64,000 nt of DNA from Candidatus Woesearchaeota archaeon (lineage in GTDB: Archaea; Nanobdellota; Nanobdellia; Pacearchaeales; GW2011-AR1), in assembly GCA_964581415.1 (NCBI GenBank), contig CAZOOJ010000001.1:36096-100095 (forward strand). Direction: 5' to 3'. Under the pieces are notes generated by a model. It did no database searches. It was not told the DNA's origin and was given only the letters and a program-made list of their open reading frames with translations. Each line of letters opens with the position of its first letter. Within the stretch, counting starts at the first letter, position 1. This document shows positions 55,914-64,000 of this stretch, one piece after another. A program made the translations under genes and the position numbers.

Positions 55914-56609
55914 TTAAGAATTATCAGAAGAGATAGAAATTCTTTGTTTTCCTTTAATATCTAAACTTTCAATATTTCCCTTAAAATTCAACTGATTTTC
56001 AACTGTCAAACTTCCCTGAAAATTCTTTATTAAAATATTATCTTCATCTAAGTGAAAAAAAGATCCTTTTTCAATTAATTCAATTTCTCCAGAAGTTTTA
56101 TAATCTAATTCTTTAATGAATATTCCATCATTTATCTTTAGAAAGTTATAAAAAATAGTTTCATCAAGGTTAATTTTTATTGTTTCCTTAGAATCAGGAA
56201 GAACAGGAACTCCATTAATAGAAATTTGAGATGCTTTTCCTTTTAATTTTGAAATTTCTTCTTGATTAAAAAAAATGTCTCCTTCAAAATTTTCTATTAT
56301 AATAAAATTCTCACTTGCCTCTAAAGGAAATTTCCCTTCTCCAATAGATAAAAAAGATGCTGAACTTCCTCTTATGTCTATTTTTGAAAATTCTCCGCTT
56401 AAAGATAAAGAAGTCTTGTCTAAACTAGCTGAAATCTCAATAGTATTATTTAAACTATCTGATTCTCTTAAAATTGTTTTGCCTATAAAAGAAAAACCTC
56501 CAAAAACAGAAGTATAAACAACCAAGAAAACCAATAATAAAAAAATCACTATTATAATCATCTTCGTTTTATGCTTATTAACATGTGCTAAATGATGTTC
56601 ATTATACAT
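55914..56609 (-). CDS. Membrane-anchored beta-rich protein (DUF4097/LiaF-C-like, putative)
   Basis: N-terminal TM helix followed by repetitive beta-strand-like segments (…IESLDIKGKQRISISSDNS). Confidence 0.3.
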   Translation of the reverse strand: MYNEHHLAHVNKHKTKMIIIVIFLLLVFLVVYTSVFGGFSFIGKTILRESDSLNNTIEISASLDKTSLSLSGEFSKIDIRGSSASFLSIGEGKFPLEASENFIIIENFEGDIFFNQEEISKLKGKASQISINGVPVLPDSKETIKINLDETIFYNFLKINDGIFIKELDYKTSGEIELIEKGSFFHLDEDNILIKNFQGSLTVENQLNFKGNIESLDIKGKQRISISSDNS

Positions 56610-57069
56610 TTTTCCTTCCTCCTACTCTTTTTTTACGCATTTGCTGTTCTAAAATTAATGCAAAATTTTTTGGATTATTTATATTTTTTATAGGTGTAGT
56701 TGATTCTGCAGAGAAGAGATGGACACTCACATTTCCAAAATTTAATATTCTCTGCCACCATTTTTGTGAAACATCCACATCACTTATAGCGAAAAGATCT
56801 ATTCTCTTAGCAGTTTTATTAATATAACCTTCTATATGAACTACTGAATTAGCAGATATTTCATATTTGCTTTTTAATCTGTGAATTTCTGTTCCTAAGA
56901 TTAATAAGAATATAAAGATTACTGTTACAAGAAAAACAGACTTATTTATAGAAAATCCTTTTAATTCTAAAAATAAAATCAGTAATAATAAAAAAACACC
57001 CATAAAATAAATAGGAATATATAATTTTCTAGAATTTGTAGTAGATAAAATAGTATCTTCTTTTCCCAT
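56602..57069 (-). CDS. Membrane protein with a bacterial-PH (bPH_2/DUF304, YdbS-like) domain
   Basis: Two TM helices, then …YEISANSVVHIEGYINKTAKRIDLFAISDVDVSQKWWQRILNFGNVSV… typical of bPH_2. The start is set at the internal MGKED to avoid the 90-nt overlap with dtdA. Confidence 0.45.
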   Translation of the reverse strand: MGKEDTILSTTNSRKLYIPIYFMGVFLLLLILFLELKGFSINKSVFLVTVIFIFLLILGTEIHRLKSKYEISANSVVHIEGYINKTAKRIDLFAISDVDVSQKWWQRILNFGNVSVHLFSAESTTPIKNINNPKNFALILEQQMRKKRVGGRKNV

Positions 57070-57100
57070 TAGTATTAAAGAAAATACAATCTTATAAATA

Positions 57101-57937
57101 TTATTCTTTTTGCATATCACCTGTTCTTTTATATTGCAGATAGAACTTATCAAGAATTTTAACAGCCTGTTGCCTGCTTTCAGAATTTCCAAGTCCTTTC
57201 CAATCTAAAAGAATAAAATCAACTTCTTCTTCTGTTTTTTCAATTGCCTCTCTAATCATTTCTTCTTTTAAAGGAAGAACATATTGTGGAATTATATGAC
57301 TTAAAGCAACATTAGAATTTAATTGGACTTTGTTAAAATTAGGACAATAATGAGGGCCTCCAATTCCTATTGCAATTTCATTATAAGGATTTTCTTTAAA
57401 TCCTTCTATAGTATCAAAAATTGTTTTTGCTATAACAAAACCTGCTCTTCTATCTTTCCATTCCTCTTCTGTAGAACCTATTTCAATGAACATGCATGGC
57501 TTTTCTATTAAAGGTCCATGATGAGTGCATTCCAAAGTTATCTGATAATTATTAAGTTTATATTTTTCTAAATTCTCTTTTAATTTTTCAAAAGCTTGTT
57601 TTTGAAATAAAGCAGAAGTTTTACAGACTTTCTCAGGTTCTCCTCCTAATTTCGGTGAAATAAAAAGCCAATTTCCAGGAGAATGAATAGAAAGAGTTTT
57701 AGTATGTTTTTCAGATTGATGTTTTGAAGCGAATATTATAAAATCATACTTGTTAATTTTTTCTAAATCTAAATTCTCTGTATAGATTATTTCCTCTCCG
57801 CATAAATAAAAATCAAAACTTGGTTTATTATTCATAGAAGAAATCAGAGGATTTTGCCGAAACTGAGATAGGGCTGTAGTTATGTTTATTCCTGCTGTGT
57901 CTTTTTTGCTTGCAATAACAAGATATCTTGAATACAT
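57101..57937 (-). CDS. dtdA: Archaeal-type D-aminoacyl-tRNA deacylase (DtdA)
   Basis: …ECTHHGPLIEKPCMFIEIGSTEEEWKDRRAG…, …GIGGPHYCP… and …LDWKG… match the DtdA blocks (ATHHGPT…FFIEIGSSEEEW…, GIGGGHYAP, VDWKG). Confidence 0.8.
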   Translation of the reverse strand: MYSRYLVIASKKDTAGINITTALSQFRQNPLISSMNNKPSFDFYLCGEEIIYTENLDLEKINKYDFIIFASKHQSEKHTKTLSIHSPGNWLFISPKLGGEPEKVCKTSALFQKQAFEKLKENLEKYKLNNYQITLECTHHGPLIEKPCMFIEIGSTEEEWKDRRAGFVIAKTIFDTIEGFKENPYNEIAIGIGGPHYCPNFNKVQLNSNVALSHIIPQYVLPLKEEMIREAIEKTEEEVDFILLDWKGLGNSESRQQAVKILDKFYLQYKRTGDMQKE

Positions 57938-57973
57938 GATTAATTATAAAAACTCTCTTTCTTAAATATTTTT

Positions 57974-58213
57974 ATGCAATATTTAATAAAGATACTAATT
58001 GGAATTTTTATATTAATTTTAGGAATATTTCTAGGAAACCTTCTCGCGAGATGGACAAAAGAAGAGCTCAAATCTGGAGAGAAATATTTCAAATCAATTA
58101 TTCTTCTGAGTTTTATAGGAACAATAGTAACTTTAATAATCAAAAATGATATTTTATTTTTTACATTTTTGTTTATAATTATAGTTACTAGTAGATGTTT
58201 GAAGAAGAATTAA
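57974..58213 (+). CDS. Small membrane protein (79 aa)
   Basis: Two hydrophobic helices. It is more plausible than the overlapping antisense ORF 57940-58143. Confidence 0.25.
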   Translation: MQYLIKILIGIFILILGIFLGNLLARWTKEELKSGEKYFKSIILLSFIGTIVTLIIKNDILFFTFLFIIIVTSRCLKKN

Positions 58214-58402
58214 AAATAAAAAACAAAGATGGTTGAGAAAATTATTTCTTTTTTCCTTCTTTTTTCTTAGATTTCTTTTTAGCCATTTTAAACCTCCTTT
58301 TTCAACTAAAAAAAGATTGCACTTTAGTTTAAATATTTACAGAATCATTTAAAAAAGACATCAATTCATAAGTTTAATAAAGTAATTTCTTCTTGAGAAT
58401 TT

Positions 58403-59101
58403 ATGCTATATTTAATAGGATTGGGCTTGAATAAAGAAAGTTTTACATATGAAACAATGAATTCTATAAAAAATTGTAGAAGGATTTATTTAGAGAATTA
58501 TACTGTAGATTTTCCTTATGATATTAAAGAACTGCAGGAATTAATTGGAAAAAAAATTATTGAACTTAAAAGAGAAGAAGTTGAAGACAATATACTATTA
58601 AAAGAAGCAAAAGAGCAGAATATTGCATTGTTAGTTTATGGTTCTCCATTAGTTGCTACTACACATATCTCTTTAATATTAGAAGCAAAAAAAAGAAAGA
58701 TTAGTTTTAAAATAATTTCCAATGCTTCAATTTTAGATGCGATTTCAGAAACAGGACTGCAATTATATAAATTTGGAAAAATAGCAAGTCTTCCGAAATT
58801 TGAAGCAGATAGTTTTATGAAGATTGTAAAAGAAAATCAATCTATCAATGCTCATAGTTTGATTTTGATAGATATTGGATTAAATCTTAAAGAGAGTTTA
58901 GAAAAATTAGAAAAAGTATCTAAAAGATATAAGATTAAATTAAATAAAATTTTAATTTGTTCTAGATTAGGAACAAATCAGAGTAAAATTTATTATGATT
59001 CAGTAAAAAATTTAAAAAACAAAAAAATTCAAAGTCCTTATTGTTTTATTATTCCAGACAAACTTCATTTTTTAGAAGAAGAATTTTTAAAGAGTCTTTA
59101 A
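58403..59101 (+). CDS. dph5: Diphthine synthase (Dph5)
   Basis: MLYLIGLGLNKE…RIYLENYT… is the tetrapyrrole-methylase-fold Dph5 N-terminus; ~230 aa. Confidence 0.85.
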   Translation: MLYLIGLGLNKESFTYETMNSIKNCRRIYLENYTVDFPYDIKELQELIGKKIIELKREEVEDNILLKEAKEQNIALLVYGSPLVATTHISLILEAKKRKISFKIISNASILDAISETGLQLYKFGKIASLPKFEADSFMKIVKENQSINAHSLILIDIGLNLKESLEKLEKVSKRYKIKLNKILICSRLGTNQSKIYYDSVKNLKNKKIQSPYCFIIPDKLHFLEEEFLKSL

Positions 59102-59137
59102 AGATAAATTTATATATTCTTTAAACTATAAATTATA

Positions 59138-60439
59138 ATGAACAAAAAACTCTTAATATTTTTAATAATATTTTTTTCAGTTGCTTTAGTAACATCTACA
59201 ACTCTATTGTTTATTTTTCCATATTTCCCAAATCAGTCTCCTTTAGCAAATGAAACTGGCTCAACATTACAAGGAATTCAGGAAGTTGTAAATGCAAACA
59301 ATGAATTTGCTTTTGATTTATATTCAGAATTAGATAAATCTAATGGAAATAATATCTTCTATTCACCTTATAGTATTTCTGCTGCATTAGCAATGACTTA
59401 TGAAGGTGCTAAAGAACAAACAGCAGATGAGATAAAATCTGTTTTTCATTTTCCAGAAGAGAATGTATTAAGATCTAATTTTGCAGCAATTTATAATAAT
59501 ATCAATGAAAAAAATAAAGAATATGAATTAAGAACAGGAAATGCTTTATGGGCTCAGTATGATTACCCTTTTCTTGAAGAATATATGAATAGAGTTGAAC
59601 AATATTATGGAGGAAAAGCAGCAAATTTGGATTTTATTAGAGAAACAGAAAAATCAAGACAAACAATCAATTCATTTATTGAAGAACAGACTAATAATAA
59701 AATTAAGAATTTAATTCCTCTAGGTGTGCTTAATTCAATGACAAGGCTTGTTCTAACAAATGCTATTTACTTTAAAGGAACATGGGAATGGGAATTTGAT
59801 AAATCTGATACTCGTGAACAGGATTTTAAAATAACTCCAATAAATATTGTTAAAACACAAATGATGCATATGAATCCTAAAAAAGCTGAATTTAATTATG
59901 CTGAATTAGAAAAATTACAAATTTTAGAACTTCCATATAAAGGAGAAAAAATTTCTATGTTAATTTTATTACCAAAACAAGGAGAAACATATGATTTTGA
60001 AACAGGAGAAAGAATTAATTATGATTATACTCTTGAAGATATAGAACTATCATCTGAAAAACTTAAGGAATATAAATTTCAAATGCAGGAAACAAAGTTG
60101 GATTCAATATCTCTTCCAAAATTTGAATTTGATACAAAGTATTTTATGAAAGATACATTAAGTGCAATGGGAATGCCACTAGCATTTGATATAAAAAATG
60201 CAGATTTTTCAGGAATGACTGAATATGAAGATTTGTTTATCAGTTCTGTAATTCATCAAGCATATGTTAAAGTTGATGAAAAAGGAACAGAAGCAGCTGC
60301 AGCAACTGCTGTAAGTATGAAGGCAACAAGTAGTATGCCGAATTTCTTCAGAGCAGACCATCCATTTATATTTATAATTCAGGAAAAAGAAACAGGAAAT
60401 ATACTGTTTATGGGAAAAGTTGTAAATCCTGCTAAATAA
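59138..60439 (+). CDS. Secreted serpin (serine protease inhibitor)
   Basis: Signal peptide. NIFYSPYSISAALAMTYEGA is a serpin N-terminal motif. The C-terminal serpin signature …ADHPFIFIIQEKETGNILFMGKVVNP is present, with reactive-centre-loop region …GTEAAAATAVSM…. Confidence 0.9.
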   Translation: MNKKLLIFLIIFFSVALVTSTTLLFIFPYFPNQSPLANETGSTLQGIQEVVNANNEFAFDLYSELDKSNGNNIFYSPYSISAALAMTYEGAKEQTADEIKSVFHFPEENVLRSNFAAIYNNINEKNKEYELRTGNALWAQYDYPFLEEYMNRVEQYYGGKAANLDFIRETEKSRQTINSFIEEQTNNKIKNLIPLGVLNSMTRLVLTNAIYFKGTWEWEFDKSDTREQDFKITPINIVKTQMMHMNPKKAEFNYAELEKLQILELPYKGEKISMLILLPKQGETYDFETGERINYDYTLEDIELSSEKLKEYKFQMQETKLDSISLPKFEFDTKYFMKDTLSAMGMPLAFDIKNADFSGMTEYEDLFISSVIHQAYVKVDEKGTEAAAATAVSMKATSSMPNFFRADHPFIFIIQEKETGNILFMGKVVNPAK

Positions 60440-60580
60440 AGTTCTTAAGAAAAATTTAAAAACATTTATTTTATAGAATTATAATGTCTAAGAGAATTTT
60501 AAATATTAGAAAGATTATCTTAGCTGGAAATATTCTAAACAGAATTATAATTATTTGATTGCAATCTTTGGATTCAAAGA

Positions 60581-60871
60581 TTGCAGGAAGTTTTAATGGA
60601 TTTATTAGATAATATGGGTTATGAAGGAAATGGAAAGCGTAGTCTTGACTATGAAGAAAAAAGAATACTTTTAAGAAACATTAGAGAAGGAAAATATTCC
60701 TTTGCAAAAGAATTTGCAGATATCTTAATAAGTAAAAGAAGAGTAACAGTTACCTCTATAAATAATGCTTCATTTAAGTTAGTAGACAGATTAAAAAGAC
60801 TAAATCCAGAAAAAGCAAAAGAGTTATGTAAAATATTTGGGAGTTATGATTGGAATTATTGGTTAGATTAA
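60581..60871 (+). CDS. Hypothetical protein (96 aa)
   Basis: ORF only. Confidence 0.25.
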   Translation: MQEVLMDLLDNMGYEGNGKRSLDYEEKRILLRNIREGKYSFAKEFADILISKRRVTVTSINNASFKLVDRLKRLNPEKAKELCKIFGSYDWNYWLD

Positions 60872-60906
60872 AAATTTAAAAATAAAAAAAACATTGAATA
60901 GATAAA

Positions 60907-63696
60907 ATGTATGACTTTAAAACTGTTGAAAGTGAAGTTAAGGAAATTTGGAAGAAGAATAAAAAAGAAATAGAGAAATCTATCCAATACGATTCTAAAA
61001 AAAAATTATTTTCTTTTTTGGAAGGACCTCCAACTGCAAATGCTCCTCCAGGATTGCATCATCTTGAAGCGAGAACATACAAAGATTTAATATGTAGATT
61101 TAGATTTATGCAGGGATTTTCTGTTCCTAGAAAGGGAGGTTGGGACTGTCACGGATTACCTGTTGAAGTTCAGGTAGAAAAAAAATTAAAATTAGATTCT
61201 AAAAAAGATATAGAAAAATATGGAGTTAAAAAATTCATAAATCAATGCAAAAAAGATGTTTTTTCAAATATTTCTGAATGGAATATTTCAACAGAAGAGT
61301 TAGGCTATTGGATTGATTTAAAAAATCCTTATGTGACTTTAGAGAACAATTATATTGAAAGTGTCTGGTGGAGTCTGAAAGAGCTTTATAATAAAAAAAT
61401 GCTTTATGAAGACTATAAAGTCGTGCCCTTTTGTCCAAGATGTGGAACACCTCTGTCAAGTCATGAAGTTTCATTAGGATATAAAGACATAACAGAAGAA
61501 TCTGTTTATATTGCATTTAAATTAAAAGGAAAATCTAATGAATATATTCTTGCCTGGACTACAACTCCATGGACTCTTCCTGGAAATGTTGCATTGGCTG
61601 TAGGAGAAGATATTGATTATGTCAAAGTAAAATTAGAAGATGGAAATAGTTTAATTTTAGGAAGAGAAAGATTAAATGTTCTTAAAGAAGATTATAAAAT
61701 AATAGAAGAATTAAAAGGAAAAAATTTGGTTGGAATAGGCTATGAACCTTTATATAAAATAAAGCAAGCTGAAAATGAAAATTCCCATAAAATTATTCTA
61801 GCTGATTTTGTAACAACAGAGGATGGAACAGGAGTTGTCCATACAGCAGGAATGTATGGAGAAGATGATTATGAAGTTTGTAAAAAAGAGAATCTCCCTT
61901 TAGTTCATACAGTCAATCAAAACGGAACTTTCAATGAACTTGTTCCAAAATGGCAGGGCAGATTTGTCAAAGATGTTGAAGACGAAATAAAAGAAGATTT
62001 AAAACAAAGAAGTTTGCTCTATAAAACAGAAAAAACAACACACTCTTATCCTTTTTGCTGGAGATGTGATTCTCCTTTATTGTATTATGCAGTAAATTCC
62101 TGGTTTGTTAAAGTTAGTTCCATCAGAGATAAACTGGTAAAAATAAACAAAGAAATAAACTGGGAGCCTAAACATATTCGTGACGGAAGATTTGGAAAAT
62201 GGCTAGAAGGAGCAAAGGATTGGTCCTTATCTCGTTTCAAGTTCTGGGGTACTCCTCTTCCTATTTGGAAATGTGAATGTGGAAAAGAAAAAGTTATTGG
62301 AAGTATTAGAGAATTAAAGGAAAATTCTATTCAAAAAATTACAGGAGAAATTGATTTGCATAAATCAACAATTGACAACATAAAATTAAAATGTGAATGT
62401 GGAAAACAAATGAAAAGAATTCCTGATGTAATTGACTGTTGGTATGATTCTGGAAGCGCTCCTTTCGCGCAGTTTCATTATCCTTTTGAAAATAAAAAGG
62501 AATTTGAAAAAAGATTTCCTTATGATTATGTTTCAGAAGCAATAGATCAAACCAGAGGATGGTTTTATACTATGCATGTATTAGCAACGATTTTATTTAA
62601 CAAATCTGCTTACAAAAATGTCATATGTGCTGGACACATAGTGGATGAAAAAGGTGAAAAAATGAGCAAAAGTAAAGGAAATATAATTAATCCCAAAGAT
62701 ATAATTGACAGAACAGGAGTGGATGCGATTCGTCTTCAATTTTGCACAGCAGACGCAGGTAATTCAAAAAGATTTTCCTATGATATGATGAAAGAGTCTG
62801 TTATTCCTTTTTTAACAATTCTTTATAATGCTAATAGATATTATATGCAGTTAGAAAATAAAAAATCTAAAGAAAAATTAGAAGATAAATGGATTTTAAG
62901 CAGACTTAATTCTGTTATTAAAAAAATTACTGAAAATTTAGAGAATTATAGAATAGATATTTCTTTTAATGAAATTCAAAATTTTGTAATTAATGATTTT
63001 TCAAGAAGTTATATTAAGATAACTAGGAATAGAGAGGACATCTCCAGAATTATTGAAAAAATTTTAAAGAATATCTCTTTATTACTTGCTCCATTCGCAC
63101 CTTATATATCAGAAAAAATATTTTCTCAATTCAGCAAAGATTCTGTACATTTAAGTAAATGGCCAAAAGTAGACGAGAAAAAAATTGACAAGAAACTTGA
63201 AGAAAATTTTGATATTGTTTTTGAAATAATTGAAAAAGGATTAGCAAAAAGAAATTCTGTGGAAATAGGATTAAGATGGCCTTTAAAAAAAGCAATTATA
63301 TCTGGAAATTTAAAGTTAGATAAGGAGCTTCAAGAAATAATTAAATCTCAATTAAATATTAAAAAAATTGAATTTCAAAAAAAAGACAGAGACATTTTAG
63401 TGGAATTAGATATTTCTAAGGATTCTGAACTTGAAGCAGAAGGTTATGCAAGAGAAATATCGAGAAACATTCAAGCATTTAGAAAAAAATTAGGATTGCA
63501 GCAGAAAGAAAAAGTTAAAACAAAAATTATTACTGATGAAAATTTCAAAAAAATTTTGGAAAAAAATATAAAATTTATAGTGAAAAGAACCAACTTAAAA
63601 AAATTAGAAATTGTTACAACTGAAAAGGAAAGATTTAAAAATAATGTTGATTTTAAAATAAAAGATAAAAGAGGAAGAATAATAATCTTTAATTAA
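60907..63696 (+). CDS. ileS: Isoleucyl-tRNA synthetase
   Basis: GPPTANAPPGLHHLEA (HIGH region), GWDCHGLPVE, zinc/editing-region CWRCDSPLLYYAVNSWF, DWSLSRFKFWGTPLPIW and KMSKSKGN. Confidence 0.8.
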   Translation: MYDFKTVESEVKEIWKKNKKEIEKSIQYDSKKKLFSFLEGPPTANAPPGLHHLEARTYKDLICRFRFMQGFSVPRKGGWDCHGLPVEVQVEKKLKLDSKKDIEKYGVKKFINQCKKDVFSNISEWNISTEELGYWIDLKNPYVTLENNYIESVWWSLKELYNKKMLYEDYKVVPFCPRCGTPLSSHEVSLGYKDITEESVYIAFKLKGKSNEYILAWTTTPWTLPGNVALAVGEDIDYVKVKLEDGNSLILGRERLNVLKEDYKIIEELKGKNLVGIGYEPLYKIKQAENENSHKIILADFVTTEDGTGVVHTAGMYGEDDYEVCKKENLPLVHTVNQNGTFNELVPKWQGRFVKDVEDEIKEDLKQRSLLYKTEKTTHSYPFCWRCDSPLLYYAVNSWFVKVSSIRDKLVKINKEINWEPKHIRDGRFGKWLEGAKDWSLSRFKFWGTPLPIWKCECGKEKVIGSIRELKENSIQKITGEIDLHKSTIDNIKLKCECGKQMKRIPDVIDCWYDSGSAPFAQFHYPFENKKEFEKRFPYDYVSEAIDQTRGWFYTMHVLATILFNKSAYKNVICAGHIVDEKGEKMSKSKGNIINPKDIIDRTGVDAIRLQFCTADAGNSKRFSYDMMKESVIPFLTILYNANRYYMQLENKKSKEKLEDKWILSRLNSVIKKITENLENYRIDISFNEIQNFVINDFSRSYIKITRNREDISRIIEKILKNISLLLAPFAPYISEKIFSQFSKDSVHLSKWPKVDEKKIDKKLEENFDIVFEIIEKGLAKRNSVEIGLRWPLKKAIISGNLKLDKELQEIIKSQLNIKKIEFQKKDRDILVELDISKDSELEAEGYAREISRNIQAFRKKLGLQQKEKVKTKIITDENFKKILEKNIKFIVKRTNLKKLEIVTTEKERFKNNVDFKIKDKRGRIIIFN

Positions 63697-63772
63697 CTAC
63701 CTAAGAGTAATTTAAAAGGTTACGCTTGTAGGATAATAATCTTTAAAAATAGAGGTAAACTTTAAAAAGAAA

Positions 63773-64000
63773 ATGATTGTCAAAGAAGAATTTTTAAGTA
63801 GGTTAAGAAAAATTTTTGATTTAAATCTTTATGAAGTAAAAGTTTGGGCTGCTCTTCTCTCTAGAGGAAATTCAACTGCAGGAGAATTAAGCAATATATC
63901 TGATGTTCCACGTTCAAGAACTTATGATATTTTAGAAAGTCTAGAGAAAAAAGGTTTTGTTATTATGAAACTTGGAAAACCAATAAGATTTGTTGCTTTA
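63773..64000 (+). CDS. TrmB-family transcriptional regulator (N-terminal part; continues past the window end)
   Basis: …LYEVKVWAALLSRGNSTAGELSNISDVPRSRTYDILESLEKKGFV… is a TrmB-type wHTH. Confidence 0.55.
   Translation, partial: MIVKEEFLSRLRKIFDLNLYEVKVWAALLSRGNSTAGELSNISDVPRSRTYDILESLEKKGFVIMKLGKPIRFVAL

Noticed and set aside
58236-58290. 14-aa Lys-rich minus-strand ORF (MAKKKSKKKEGKKK), considered as a tiny ribosomal protein (L41e-like)
   Set aside because: Too short and lacks the Arg-rich composition of eL41; likely chance.
1-64000. CRISPR arrays and rRNA genes
   Set aside because: No direct repeats with regular spacers and no rRNA-like conserved stretches were seen on inspection of either strand.

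Overview
Strongly AT-rich archaeal chromosome segment, probably from an uncultivated small-genome (DPANN-like) archaeon. This lineage call is inferred from gene content (archaeal RpoH/RpoB/RpoA, Spt4, RpoE', S24e/S27ae, aEF-2/aEF-1alpha, archaeal DnaG and DtdA) and was not computed. Most of the window is conserved information-processing backbone. It holds the rpoE'-spt4-S24e-S27ae cluster and a complete rpoH-rpoB-rpoA-nusA-S12-S7-EF2-EF1a 'str-like' cluster. That cluster has a fused RpoA'/A'', no L30e or S10, and lineage-specific small ORFs inserted between S12/S7 and S7/EF-2. The window also carries an anaerobic class III ribonucleotide reductase operon (nrdR-nrdD-nrdG-trx). NrdD carries a LAGLIDADG intein, and its glycyl-radical C-terminal domain is encoded as a separate 66-aa ORF. 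Further genes are archaeal DnaG, RNase HII, IleRS, diphthamide genes, DtdA, Dph5, a secreted subtilisin and a serpin. There are six tRNAs (Trp, Lys, three Ser, initiator Met). An accessory island of about 6.5 kb sits directly 3' of tRNA-Lys (22.8-29.3 kb). It contains a DDE transposase, three uncharacterised proteins (one PIN-like), a fused Type IIG restriction-modification enzyme and two GC-rich hairpin-bearing elements that echo the tRNA 3' end. Other notable items are a hinge-less SMC-like ATPase with a Rad50-type CPxC zinc hook (ScpA is elsewhere in the window), a reversed-order Doc-RHH toxin-antitoxin pair, an archaeal NrdR with a candidate NrdR box, a HIT-family pseudogene, and a pair of ferredoxin-like proteins, one with an RGG-repeat tail. 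No CRISPR array or rRNA was seen.
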